Shown here piece after piece: positions 50,150-63,400 of a DNA stretch of 64,000 nucleotides. The DNA is from Nitrospirota bacterium (lineage in GTDB: Bacteria > Nitrospirota > UBA9217). The position numbers and the translations under genes were made by a program. Each line of letters begins with the position of its first letter. The stretch's first letter is position 1. Under the pieces are notes generated by a model. That model ran no database searches, was not told the origin of the DNA, and was given only the letters and a program-made list of their open reading frames with translations. The stretch is from assembly GCA_963751455.1 (NCBI GenBank), contig CAVVUN010000004.1, positions 1 to 64,000 of the forward strand. The letters are read 5' to 3'.

Positions 50150-50848
50150 GTGATGATGAACACTGCTAAATTCATAACAGCCGTATTGGTGTGGACGATC
50201 ACGACAGCACCAATGGCACAGGCAAAAGCGCATAGGGAAGCCGCCCTTGCTTGTCCGGCGCAGGCTACCCTATGTCATGAGCCGGTCGGGTCAAGAGCGC
50301 CGATCGTGGATCGTTCAAACGGCATTTGTGAGGTAAAGATCAAAGACTCGCTCGACAACGGAGATACCAAGGACAAACTCATCGTATCGAACCTTTCCCG
50401 TGAAGTGCTGAATGAAGGACTTCTTAATTTCAATCTCGTGAACAAAGCAGTTCTTTACGGCGGTCTTGGTCATAAGGTCAAGCTGGAGGTGAGCGGCAAC
50501 AGCAAGGACCTTCCTATTGAACCCGTGGGCGTCGTCATCCTCGGCATTGATGGGTTAAGGCAGGATGTGCTATACGACGGGTATGATGCCTCCTATGCAG
50601 ATCCTTTTGGCTGTGGAGGAGAACCCTGCTATGTTCAGGTAAACGAGACCAATCTTCCCGGCCTGTCGCAGATCATGAAATCCGAGGCGACGATTAAACT
50701 CAAAGATGTCACCGTCATCTTCCCCTCCATTACCTTCGCTTCGTGGGCCAGTATATTTACCGGTGTGGCCGCCGGAACTGCACAAATTACTGTTCGTAAT
50801 GGAGATAAAAAGCTTGTAATCGATGCTATCGTTCAACCAAAACGATAG
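50150..50848 (+). pseudogene. Orphan fragment of a third NPP-domain variant
   Basis: KAVLYGGLG…PIEPVGVVILGIDGLRQD…IFPSITFASWASIFTG, then an unrelated tail; lacks the downstream metal ligands. Confidence 0.7.
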
Positions 50849-50954
50849 GATGGTACGAGGTGTCGCAGCATTTCGATGCGTTTCTACACGCAGCCATCAA
50901 AAGACTTGAAATTGATTGATATATCGCGTTGCCGAGCTAAAAGAGGGGTAAGGG

Positions 50955-51413
50955 ATGTCAGAGTCTAAGAGAAATATTCGAAATAAAAGTTCGATTATAT
51001 TCATGATCATTGTTTGTATTTTATTGCTGATGCTCGGACACGTCTTCGCCTCGTCTAATGATTCCGTTCAACTTCTTAAGATATCTGCCCAAGACCAGCG
51101 GGCGGTCATCAAGACTTCTGACGGGAAAATGCAAATAATCAAGCCGGGGGACGTGGTAGGTGACGAGAGTAAAGTCCTGGAAATAACCGCAGGACGAGTT
51201 GTCTTCGAGGAAAAGAGAAGTAACGATCTGGAGCAGGTGATCGTCAGGCTGGAAAACGGAAAGCAGAGAGTGGAGAGAATAAAGAAGGCTGGTGAAAAGC
51301 AAGCGCAGCTTTATGCTGTTAAGTCGCCTCAGGAACAAAAGGAAAAAATAAGAGAGCGTCAGAAGGATAAAAAGAAAAAAGGCAAGAAGGAAAAATCCAA
51401 GCAGCGGAATTGA
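50955..51413 (+). CDS. PilP/GspC-HR-like periplasmic protein with Lys-rich tail (paralog of 38644)
   Basis: LKISAQDQRAVIKTSDGKMQIIKPGDVVGDESKVLEITAGRVVFEE. Confidence 0.6.
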   Translation: MSESKRNIRNKSSIIFMIIVCILLLMLGHVFASSNDSVQLLKISAQDQRAVIKTSDGKMQIIKPGDVVGDESKVLEITAGRVVFEEKRSNDLEQVIVRLENGKQRVERIKKAGEKQAQLYAVKSPQEQKEKIRERQKDKKKKGKKEKSKQRN

Positions 51414-51499
51414 CTGCGGAAAAAAGCGGACAATCTAATTCACCTGTATAACGAGCGGCAGGATCATCGGTTCATTCAGTTTCTGCGGGAGGAGATTCA

Positions 51500-54400
51500 A
51501 TGAACAGACAATCAGCAACAAGTTACAAAATACTTGTGTTCTTTCTCATCTCATTATTATCCCTGGCTGTCGCTCACGACTCCTCCGCACAGGACTTCAC
51601 AGCACTGTCCCTCGGCGATTACGGGAATGTCACCGTCATGGAGGTGACAGGGAACTATGACGCTATAAATCCCGATGGCACGCAAAACACCGCTGCGCGG
51701 GAAGCCATTGCCAAGGAGCTTTATCGACTGCACAAGGATGAATATGATTTCCTCGTCCTCTTTTCTAATTTCCCTTATCAATTGCCTGCTACCGACATCG
51801 AGGGGTTCTATATTCCCGTTAAGAACGACACGCAGGGCATCGGCGTGGAACCATTCGACAACACATCGTTCTTCGGCAGCAACGGCACGCTCCAGGGCAT
51901 CGTTGAAATGGGGAATATCGGATCGTATGTAACCGATCCCCTGGACCCCAAGTTCGAGGAGACCTTGTATGTCCTGAACCACGAGCTCCTGCACCGCTGG
52001 GGCGCATATGTAAAATTCAAGGACTCCGCTGGAAACCTCAGCACGGCGCTCCTCGGCCGGGAAAACAGCCACTGGAGCTATCTCCTCAATTCCTATGGTT
52101 CCGTGATGCTCGGCAACCAGTGGCAAGACAATGGAAACGGGACTTTCACCTCCATCGCGGCGCAGAAGTATTACAGCCCTCTTGATCTTTACCTCATGGG
52201 ATTCATTGATAAATCGAAAGTCCCACCCATGCTGTTGATCGACAACCCTTTCATTGATCCCGCAAAACTACCCCAGGTAGGCGCAACGATTGCCGGTACA
52301 TCACGGTACGTCACCATCGACGACATCATCGCCGCCGCAGGCCCGCGTGTTCCGGCCGCATCAACGTCTCAGAAGAGCTTTAAAATAGGGTTCATCCTGG
52401 TTACCACGCCGGGAGCGTTCACCGGCAATGAAATTTACGGCATTGAGAACATCCGGAACGGAGAAATAACCCGGTTTTCGGTGCTTACCGACGGCAAGAG
52501 TATCATCGAAATCGCATCCACACCAAAAGAAGACCTTCCCACTAACCCCGGTGTACTTCCGCCGACTACAACGCCCCGGACGCTCCCGCCGAACATTGAG
52601 GACGGCATCAACTGGCTTGTGAGCAATCAGCAGCTTGACGGAAGCTGGACAGACGATGCCAATACCATAGAGCGTGACACTTCTCAAGCGGTCCGCGTGT
52701 TGAAGGACTTCGCTGTCGCGCAGCAGAACTATCAATCAGGGCTTGCATGGCTTGCGGGGGTTGTTCCGGATAATGCCGATTACCTGGCGAAAAAGATAGA
52801 AACGCTTGCGGTTTCAGGACAGGATGTGCTCGCCTTGGTTCAGCAACTGCTGGCTATACAGAATTCAGACGGCGGTTGGGGTAAGGGTAAAGATTATTGG
52901 AGCAACCCTGCGGATACTGCCTTGGCTTTAAAGGCCCTGTCATACGGAGGCTATTCAGATCAGCAGATTATATCGAAGGCAATCGGATATTTGAAGTCAC
53001 AGCAGAACCCGGACGGCGGGTGGGGGAGCGAGGACAAAGGCGGGATGGTACAGGAAACCTCGAACGTCCTCTCTGCCTTCAACGCATACCGGACCTCGTA
53101 TCAGCTTGAAGACGCTATTTCGCTCGGAACGTCGTGGCTTATCGCGAAACAGAACCCGGACGGCGGTTTCGGCAACAGTCCCAGCACGGTATACGATACT
53201 GCGAACGCGCTTCTGACGCTCCAGGAGTTGAATGCGTCGGCAGACGTGACCTATAATGCCTTGTCCTATCTGTTCAGTCAGCAGTCTGAAAACGGCAGCT
53301 GGAACAACAGCACTTTCCAGACCGCGCTTGCCGTTCTTGCGGTATACAAGTCAACAGTCGATCCCGACCTGTCGATAAAATCCGAAGACATCACCATCAT
53401 TCCTGAAACAATCAGGAGCCTGCCTTCGAACATTGTTATTAACGCCAATATCTGGAACCTCGGCAGGACAGCCGTGCCCCAGGCCAGGGTTGTGCTGTAC
53501 GAGGGCGATCCCTCGACAGGCTCAGGACGGGTAGGGGAGCAGACGCTCGCTTTCCCGGGCCAATCGTCGACTGCCGTAACTTTCTTCGCTACAGCCAGGG
53601 ACGGAAACGAACACCGCTTTTATATAGTCATCGATCCGGAGAATGAGGTCAAGGAACCGAACAAGCTGAATAACTCAGCAGTAAAGGTACTCTATCCCGA
53701 GGCGACGTATGATTTCGAGATTCTATCGTCCGACGTAACTGTCTCAGCCAATACTGTGAATATGCAGCAGGATGTAACGCTTACAGCAAAAATAACAAAC
53801 AAGGGCACGATGAACGCCTACAACGTCCAGGTCAGGTACTTTATAGACGAACCAGGCGCGCCCTTCGAAATCGGGACAAAAACACTTGATATTCCTGCAA
53901 ACGGCTCGGTTACGGATACTTTCACTTGGCGCGCAAATAAGGCCGGTGCGAACCTGCCCGTTTCCGTTCAGGCCGACCCTTTCGACAACTTTGGTGAGCT
54001 TTCCGAAACGAATAACAAAGGGGCTGCTACACTGACCGTTAATTCTGCTACAAGGCCGAATCTAGTCATATCTTACAGCGACCTTGTTATTACGCCCAGC
54101 CCGGCGAACGAGGGGGGAAATGCCACTATTTCTGCGCTCATTAAAAACGAAGGGTTGTCTACGGCGAACAACATTCTCGTCAATTTCTATAAAGGAGTTC
54201 CGGGCGCGGACGGCGTGGTTCTCGGCAACAGTACCATCCCATCGCTCGCACAGGGCCAGAGCACGACTGTTTCTTTCAATTGGACAAACATTCAGGAAGT
54301 TGGCGAAAAAGTCGTCTACGTACGGGTCGATCCTGACAGCAGGATCGCTGAGATAAGAGAAGATGACAATGACGCTTTTACGATCTTGAATATTTTAAGC

Positions 54401-57400
54401 CTCCCTGACCTCGTTGTCTCTGATAATTCAATAACAATCACACCGGCGTTTCCGAAAGACGGTGACAGCGCTTCCATCACAGTGACGATTCAAAACAGCG
54501 GCATGCAGGCTGCCCAGAACGTCATTGTAAATTTAGTGGAAGGAAATACGACAATCGGTTCGACCACGGTCCCGTTGATTTCCGGTGCATCGCAGGCGGA
54601 TGCAACGTTCGCGTTCGAAACAGCCGGTAAAACAGGCACGCATCAATTAACCATTGAAGTAGATCCAGGAAACAATATCGTTGAAAAGAGCAAGGACAAT
54701 AACGCTGCAGCGAAGACGATCATTGTACAGGATGCTGACTTCTGGTTGTCAGAGCAATATATCTCCCCGAACGGTGACGGCGTCAAGGACAACACGCAAT
54801 TGTCCTTCAGGTTCAATGCGCCGCAAACGGTAAGGGTTGTCGTGATTGATAGCGCCGGCGAAACGGTAAGAACGTTCAACGGCTCCGGCCTGACAAACGT
54901 CCAGGAAGGCAACATTATCTGGGACGGGCTCGACGACAACGGCATGGTTGTCGCGGACGGGCAGTATCAATTAAAGGTTTTAGATGCGAGTAACACGACT
55001 GTCAACAGCGCGTTGGTTACTGTAGACAATAACCAGTCTCCACTGACGGACGCGCTCGGCACCGAATATCTGACCACTAAGAATGTTTCCTGCAATCTTC
55101 GCAACCTATGGGAAGGCTTCTGGCATTGGATGCCTGACGACAGCGGTTTAGTGTTTTCCGTGGACTATGATCCGTACAGCAGCCCCAAATACTATGAGGG
55201 CATTTATATCATGTCCCCGGACGGATTGGACATTCAAAGACTGGTCCCATGGGATTGGCAATGGAAGGCAAGCGACACCAATAAGCGATACAATTCCTAT
55301 ATTCCTCACGTATCTCCTGACGGCACTAGAATTGCTTTTACGGCAGACCATATATCATCCAGCACAAATGAGCTGTGGATCGTAGATGTAGACGGGAAGA
55401 ACCAGACGCTCGTGGACCAGAACGTTTACGATGATTATATCTGGACAGTCGGGCCGGTTTATGTCAAATGGTCGCCGGACAGCAAATATCTTATCTATTT
55501 CAAGGCCAACAACAGCATATATGATTTATGGATCGTGAACGCGCAAACCATGGAACGCAGAAAAATAGAGGCAAGTGTTGCCACGTGGTTTGTTGAATGG
55601 TCTCCTGACAGCAAAAGAATTGCATACGGCCGTTTTACCGGGTCGTATAATTCCTTTGAGGCGAAAATTGCGGACGCAGCCGCGTTGACAATAACGAATA
55701 CGGCCATAACAACACAGGAAATGTTCTGGCTGAACACTGATAAGCTGATTCTGACGACTCCTCAAAATACGTTGTGGCTCGTGGATGCAACGGTGGGCGG
55801 AAATACCATCATGCTGCCTTATAGCATAAACGCGGGCGATTCATTCATGAAGTCGGTGTTTATCGCTCCGGACAGACAGCATTTTGCATTTCAAAACGAC
55901 CACTCAGACGAAACGAACTACCTTTATGTATCAGATAGTGAAGGCAATGTGTCCATCGTGCATGAGTTCGACTACCCGTACCAGAGGCTGGAATATAGCT
56001 CATACTCATTGAGCTACATCGGATGGTCGCTCAACTCGAAAAACCTGTTCTTTCTCGAGACAACCTACGATTCCAAGCTAGGCTATCCTCAAACGCTTCA
56101 CTATGTCGATATGACAGCAAAAACCGAAAAAACATTCGGCTTCAAATCAATTACTGATGACTGGGTACGTTATTATAACCCCGTCACTTTTGAAGCATTG
56201 CCTGGAGACCAACTCTTAATTGCTGTTAACGGTGATAGTTATTACGTACTTGATGCCAAGACCGGGCAGTCTTCGCTTTTGGTCTCCTATCCAACTGATA
56301 TCCTTTATAAGAAATTGGTTTCCCCGCTCGGGCATTATATCGCATATCATCAATGGGATGATACATCATATGGCTGCGTGAATAATTACTCGGCTTTGCA
56401 CATCATCAGCTCTCTTCTCAACCTCACCGCCGACCTGCGGGCGGCCAAGGGAACATCATCGGTTATTCTCAAAGGAATTGCGGCAGATCTTAATTTTGAC
56501 AGCTATCAGCTCGAGTATACAGACGCGGGTAATCCCGGCGCCTGGAACCTAATCGCGCCGCCTTCTAATTTCCCAGTACTGAACGACGTGTTTACCACTT
56601 GGGTCCCGCCCTATAAAGGCAGTTTCTATGTCAGGCTTACAGTTCGTGACAAGGCAGGAAATACAGCAATCAGCAGGAAAAAGGTTTCCTGGGGTCTTTC
56701 ATCGAGCATAACGAACCTCTCTAAGTCCCTTGAAATATTTTCACCGAACGGCGACGGTGTCAAGGACACGGTTGAACTCCATTACAAAGTCCTGGAGCCG
56801 GTTCATCTGGAGTTTGATGTATATGACGAAAACAAGAGGCTCCTGAAAACACTTTACAAAGACCATGCTTCACCTGCGGAAGACTACATCTCCTGGGACG
56901 GAACCGATCAGTCTGGAATTTCCGTTCCTGACGGATCGTATACGATTTCGGTCTTCGATTATGTTTTCTTTGTCGTCGTCGATAATACGCCGCCTGATGT
57001 GACTATTGCATTGGGTAAGATCAGTGCTACTGAATACCATAAGGAACCGTACAAATTGTTTGTGAACTTAAACAGTCATGCGTATGATGATAATTTTAGA
57101 AACTGGACAATTGAATATGGCGAAGGCGATAATCCGCAAACCTGGCATACGCTTTTAAGCAACGACAGTCCGCTCGGGAAACGGGACGAGCAGGGAAACC
57201 TGATAAAGCCCATAGAAGACACCACAGTAAAATCTTATTGGGGGACGGACATTGGATGGCTCAAAAGGAAGAAGCTGAGGATTTCCGGAGAGGACAGCGC
57301 TGGGAATAAGCATACTGCTATTACTGAATTCGTGGAAGAGAAGTTTGTTTTTTACGCGTGGGACAATGGAGTATTACAGCCTGACATTGACATACCCGCT

Positions 57401-60400
57401 AACTCGGTACGACCCGGACCGCACACGATCGGAAGCTTCGAAACCATAAGATCGTCGATTGCCGGGATTACTGTGCAGTATCTGGCCGATGATGGACATT
57501 GGCATGACAGCCAGGCTGCAGTCAATTCCGAAGCCGGCAGTCTGAAATTACAGTGGGATACGTCAACTCTGCAGCAGGACTTATACGTTGTAAGGCTCAA
57601 GGCAGTCGATATATCGGGAAGAGTCTATTATTCGAGCGAGATCGGGACGAGCTCCATGTTTGCCATTAAATCACCGCTCTGTTCCAGGCAACTGGCCGCC
57701 AACAACTTTGTCCGGGAAAAACTCAGCGTGCTTAAACTCCAGGTGAAGAGCAACGAGGATGCGAATTACCCGGTATGGACTGACTTCAAAATATTCGACG
57801 CTGCAAAAGGCGATGTCATACCCGAAGGCCGACTTACGTTTTTGCCTCCTATTGTATTTGTTGGGATAAAGTATGATGTCCGAATGGTCGGGACTGGAGA
57901 ATCCGGTAAGGCCTATATTAGTGACCCGACTGGTTACCCTCCTCGATGTCCGATAAAAATAACTCTTGATGTTTCACCGAAGATAGCCGATTGCGGCTCA
58001 CTGTCGAATAGCTCAGTTCTCCGCTCGATAATTGAATATGACGGGACACTCTCTAACGTGGCATTGAAAACTCTGAGCTATTATTTGGAGACAGGGCAGG
58101 GATTGCAGCTATTGTACAAGATCGACAATGCTATAAGCCTGAACAATAGCGCAACCATCGATACTTCTAGTTTGACGGAAGGCAGCTATACCGTAAAAGC
58201 CGTTCTCAACTACACGGACTTGGATGATAATACACCATATGATGTATCATCCGAGCCCGCAGCACTGATCATTGATAAAACACTACCAACTGCTCATCTG
58301 ACATACCCTAGCAATTCAGTCAGAATATGCCCAGTCAAGATCTCTTTTGAAGACGGGGAGAAATATGTTATTCCGCTGGAAGGTATTGCAGATGACACCG
58401 ATCGTATTTCTCAATATGATGTTTATTATAACACGGGTGAGGACACAGTTGAATGGTCGCACACCGGGGTATGGGGGCCATCCTCGAAGACAGGAACGCT
58501 AGGAGAGTGGGACATTACCAACGTGGTGGAAAGTGATTTTTCTTTAAAGCTGAAAGTTGTCGATAAGGCAGGAAACTCAACGTGCGCAACGGCTGCTTTC
58601 AGCACGGATACAGCAATTGAAATAACCAGCCTGTCAATAAACCGGGAATTATTTTCACCGAACGATGATAGCGTTGCTGATGAGGCATGGGCAGATTACC
58701 AGGTCGATGAGTACGCGGCAATTGACGCAAAAGCGTTCAAACTGGTTAAGGCTGCGGGCGGCAACTACACACTCGACGCCGCACCGGTAAGAACGATCGT
58801 CTCAGGAGCGCAGCACGTCGGCGGAATCGGGACGGTCTCATGGGACGGCAAAGATGACGCCGGATCAATAGTGCCCGATGGACATTACGGAGTAGCTGTT
58901 ACCGCCATTGATACCTGCGGAAATGCCGCACAGAAGTGGGAAACGGTTGAAGTGGATAATACGCCGCCCACTACAGAGATCGGCTATCCGCAGCCCGGAG
59001 CGCCGGTCGGTAACGTTATCGAGGTAAAAGGCACTGCCTTCGATGTCCATTTCCAAAATTTCACGCTTGAAGCAGGAGCTGACGACAATCCTGACACATG
59101 GTCTTCTATCTCGTCGAATGGAAAACCGGTAACCAATAATATTCTCGGCACGTGGAATACCTTCGGATTGAGTGGAAAGTGGACATTGCGTTTGAGCGCG
59201 ACGGACAATGTCGGCAACAAGAATGAATCGAGAGTCGTGGTAGATCTCGGCGCCAGAAAAAATCTGATCAAGTCGCTGAGCGCATCACCCTCGCTTTTTT
59301 CACCCAACGGCGACGGTAAGCTCGATACCGTAACGATTCAATACGAATTGACCGATACCTCCGATGTAACGATCGAAATCATCACTCCTGACAATCTCGT
59401 ACGAAAGGTGCATACGATTTCCACTGTCGCGGCGGGCGTAAGCACTTGGACATGGAACGGAACGGATGAGGCCGGCGTCGTTCTCCCAGACAATGCATAC
59501 GAGATGAGACTCACTGCCGCGCTTTCGAGCATGAGCGAGTTCAATCAGACTGAGTCGATAACAGTATCCATAGATACCACACCCCCCACGGTGGATATGC
59601 AGCAGCCTGTTGCAAATTCCTTTGTCAGAAACGATATAACCGTAACCGGCAGCATTTCTGACCTCAATATTGCCGAATATTCCGTTTCCTATGCAGGACC
59701 CTCAGGAGCGGTGCAGGTGGATGAAGGCAGTCAAGAGCGAGTAAACCATGCTTTTGCGATTATCAATGACCTTCCAGACGGCACTTATACGCTTAACCTG
59801 AAAGCGAAGGACATTGGCGAGAATGCCGCGGAAAAGAACATCACTTTTACTGTTGATAGAACTGCTCCTGTGCTGACCCTTAACACGCCAAAGGACGGCG
59901 GATACTACGGCGGAGAGAACGCGGTTATAACTATCTCCGGCGCCATAGACGAGAAGAACCTTGATACGTATAGTCTGCGATATGGAACCGGGGAAGATCC
60001 GTCTGAGTGGACGGAACTGACGGGTGGTACTGTGACTCCTCCAGATCAGCAGCTCTTCACGTGGGACGTAGGGCCGAATAGCGGACTTTCGGACGAGCTC
60101 TATACAGTTTCCCTTTTAGTTGTTGACAAGGCAGGCTCTGCATCGGATGCCAGAGCGAAATTAACTATCGATAATACCATGCCGATAGTGTCTATTACCT
60201 CGCCTGAACAGGGGGCCCTTTTCACGGCCGCAACCGAGATTGCTGGGACCGCTTATGATCAGAATCTTGAAAAATATACTGTTGAAATGTCTAAGGGCCA
60301 GTGCTTTGATGCATATCAGTGGTCAGCGATCAAGACCGGATCGTCATCCGTACAGAATAGTGTTCTGGTTTTGTGGCAGGCGCTTCCTCTTGACGGCGTT

Positions 60401-63400
60401 TACTGCCTTAGGACGACCGTATTCGACAAGGCTGGAAATAGTGCGGAAGCCAAAGTCGATGTTAACGTGGATATTAACCCCCCGCCTGCTCCAATACTCT
60501 CCGGCGCGATCGAAAATAGGACGAATGTAAGGCTCAGTTGGGCCAGCGAAGCTGACTCCGGGTTATCTTATAATGTTTATCGAGACGGCGTGAGGATCAA
60601 TCAATCGGCCATTACTCAAGCCTCATACATCGACCTGAATCTGGCTGAGGGTCTGTATGTCTATACGGTGAAGGCCGTAGACTTTGCAGGTTTGGAAAGT
60701 GGACTCTCGAACCAGATCCCGGTCAAAATAGACTTAACAGGACCGGATGCGAGAATACAGGTGCCGCAGGACGGGTCCCGAGTGAGCGGAATCGTCGATA
60801 TCAAGGGTACCGCGTACAGTGCGGATGACTTCAGGCTATACAGGGTATCTGTCAGTTCAGGGAGCACTCCAGTCTCATGGATGCTTCTGAGAACATCACC
60901 ATTACCGATTACGTACGGCGTACTCGCACAGTGGGATACCTTGAGCGTTTCAGAGGGTCTATATTCCTTCAAGCTTGAAGCGGAAGATACAGCCGGAAAT
61001 ATGACATCCAAGCAGATTACTGTCTCCGTCGACAATACACCTCCAGCAAGGCCGTCGCTTTTGTCGGCTGTGCCCAGCGGATCGAACGTTACAATCACAT
61101 GGCAGTCGAACACGGAGCAAGACCTCGCAGGGTACCTGCTGTACCGGAACGACCAACTCGTTAATGCGACGGGTATAGCAATCGGAGATCTGAAACCTTA
61201 TCTCATCTCCGGCGTTACATATCTGGATAGGTCCGTATCTGACGGCGTGTCGGGTTATTATCTTGTAGCCATGGATCAGGCCGGTAATACGAGTGATCCG
61301 TCGAATATTATCCAGGTTAATATCGATAGCCGCTCGCCCGTGGCAACTATAACCAACCCTGTGAACTTGTCCGCGTTCGACGGCAAGACGCTCATCCAGG
61401 CCGATTCTCCAGACAGCGACATTGCGTCAGTGCAATTCCAGTACAAGCGTTCGACAGCCAGTGTGTGGGTAAATCTCGGATCCGCTGCAGTTGCAAGGCC
61501 TTATGCCGTGCATCTCGATCCCAGCCGTAATGGATTAACGTATGGCGACTATAACGTGCGGGCTGTGGCAAAAGATATTGCAGGCAAGACCGATGCTGCA
61601 CCCTCGTATATTACTGTAACATACAAAGATATAACGTCTCCTGCTGTCCCGAACGGCGTCACTGTACAGACTATCGGAAACAGTAACACTGTGACGTGGA
61701 ACGCCTGCACTGAGACCGATCTGGCTGGATACAATGTCTACCGGACATCGGGCGGAACAAGGATAAAAATCAATACCACAATTGTGCAGCAGGCAGTCTA
61801 TCAGGACAGCAGCCTTGCTGATGGAGAATATTCATATGAGGTTACGGCAATAGATGCAATCGCTAATGAAAGCAATCCGTCTAACGCAGTCTCGACGAAG
61901 ATATACGCGCCGATACTGCAACAGCCTGAGACTTATACTGAAAAGGGAAATCTCCAAATTCTCGGCGGCAATGCTGCACCGAATGCGATTGTTGAAATCT
62001 TCGTAAATAACGGCGACGGGCCGTTTTTGAAGGGGTCTACAGACAGTGATGGCGAGGGCAATTTTACATTCGTGGCAGCATTGCAGCCGGGAGACAACAC
62101 CATAACAGCCAGAGCAAGCGATGCAGGCAATATCAGCAGGGACTCAGACGCAGTTTATATACTTTACAACGCGCCTCCTGCGGCTCCGACCGGACTCACA
62201 GCAACAAATCAGAATTTCGATGTCATGCTCTCCTGGGATCCGAATTCGGAACAAGACATAGTTGGATACAACGTCTACAGGAAAAGCGAAAAAATCATTT
62301 TCCCAGATGCTAAGGCGACCGGCACTGCAAGCGCCTCTTCTACCTCGGAGCCGTATGTCTCGTTTTCACCCTCCATGGCTCTCGATGATGACTTATGGTC
62401 TATGTGGTTGTCAAAAGCAAGCTTCTATACTTTTAGCCCTGTCAGTTGGGAGGTTGATTTCGGGGAACATGAATTCATCAATCACATTGAGATCACATGG
62501 TATATAGCTATGTATTCGGGACGCGATTACGAAATTCAATTTTGGAACAATAGTGAATGGATTACTCAAATAAAGGTGATAGCAAACAACAGCGAGATTA
62601 ATTATTATGATATTGAGCCGACATTTGCGACGAGCAAAGTTAGAATTTATATAACGGACACAAATTATCCGTACAGCACAAAATATGTCGCTATACGGGA
62701 TATACAGATTAAGAAGCAAGATTTTGTAAAACAAACTTTATTCAAGGATCTTAATTTGCCGGATGGACAGTATCAATATACAGTAACTGCTGTAGATCGA
62801 TACGGACTCGAAAGTGCGCATTCCAATCAGGTTAACATCGGAGTCGGAGACGTAACTCCGCCGTCTGCGCCGACCAATCTCTCTGCAATGGCTTCAGACT
62901 CCGATATTATTTTGACATGGAGTGCAAGCCCGCAATCTGACGTCGTTGGTTATAATATTTTCAGAGGCACGACGTCAGGCGGGCCATATACAAAGATCAA
63001 CACGACTTTAATTGATACAAATAACTATTTGGATACAAGTAAGACGACCAGCATCTACCGATATTACGTTGCTTCTGCCGTAGACGCTGTCGGAAATGAG
63101 AGCGCATTTTCTAGTGAGGCATTCGTCACCATTGTTGACAATGAAGCGCCTGAAAAACCGGTCATATATGAACCTGCCATCAGCGGAATGCCGGTAACTC
63201 TTCAATCCAGCACTACTACTATTTCAGGCTTTACGGAGGCAGCTGCTTCGGTTGAACTGTTCAGAGATGATGTCTCTCAGGGTAAGGTCTTGTCATCAGA
63301 GAAACCTAGTATTCAGCAAGTAACAATACCTTTGGACGCTTATAGCGCGGCATTGTCTCCAGATGAAAATATCGTAGCATACGTCAGGCAGGGAGCTCTC

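Noticed and set aside
52590-53350. Squalene-hopene cyclase or alpha-2-macroglobulin thioester call for the QW repeats
   Set aside because: No DxDD catalytic motif or CxEQ thioester motif seen; the protein is secreted and multidomain.
53509-53528. Possible in-frame REP half-site (CCTCGACAGGCTCAGGA, DPSTGSG) in the giant gene
   Set aside because: Single short match with no partner copy in this window; cannot be supported from the sequence alone.
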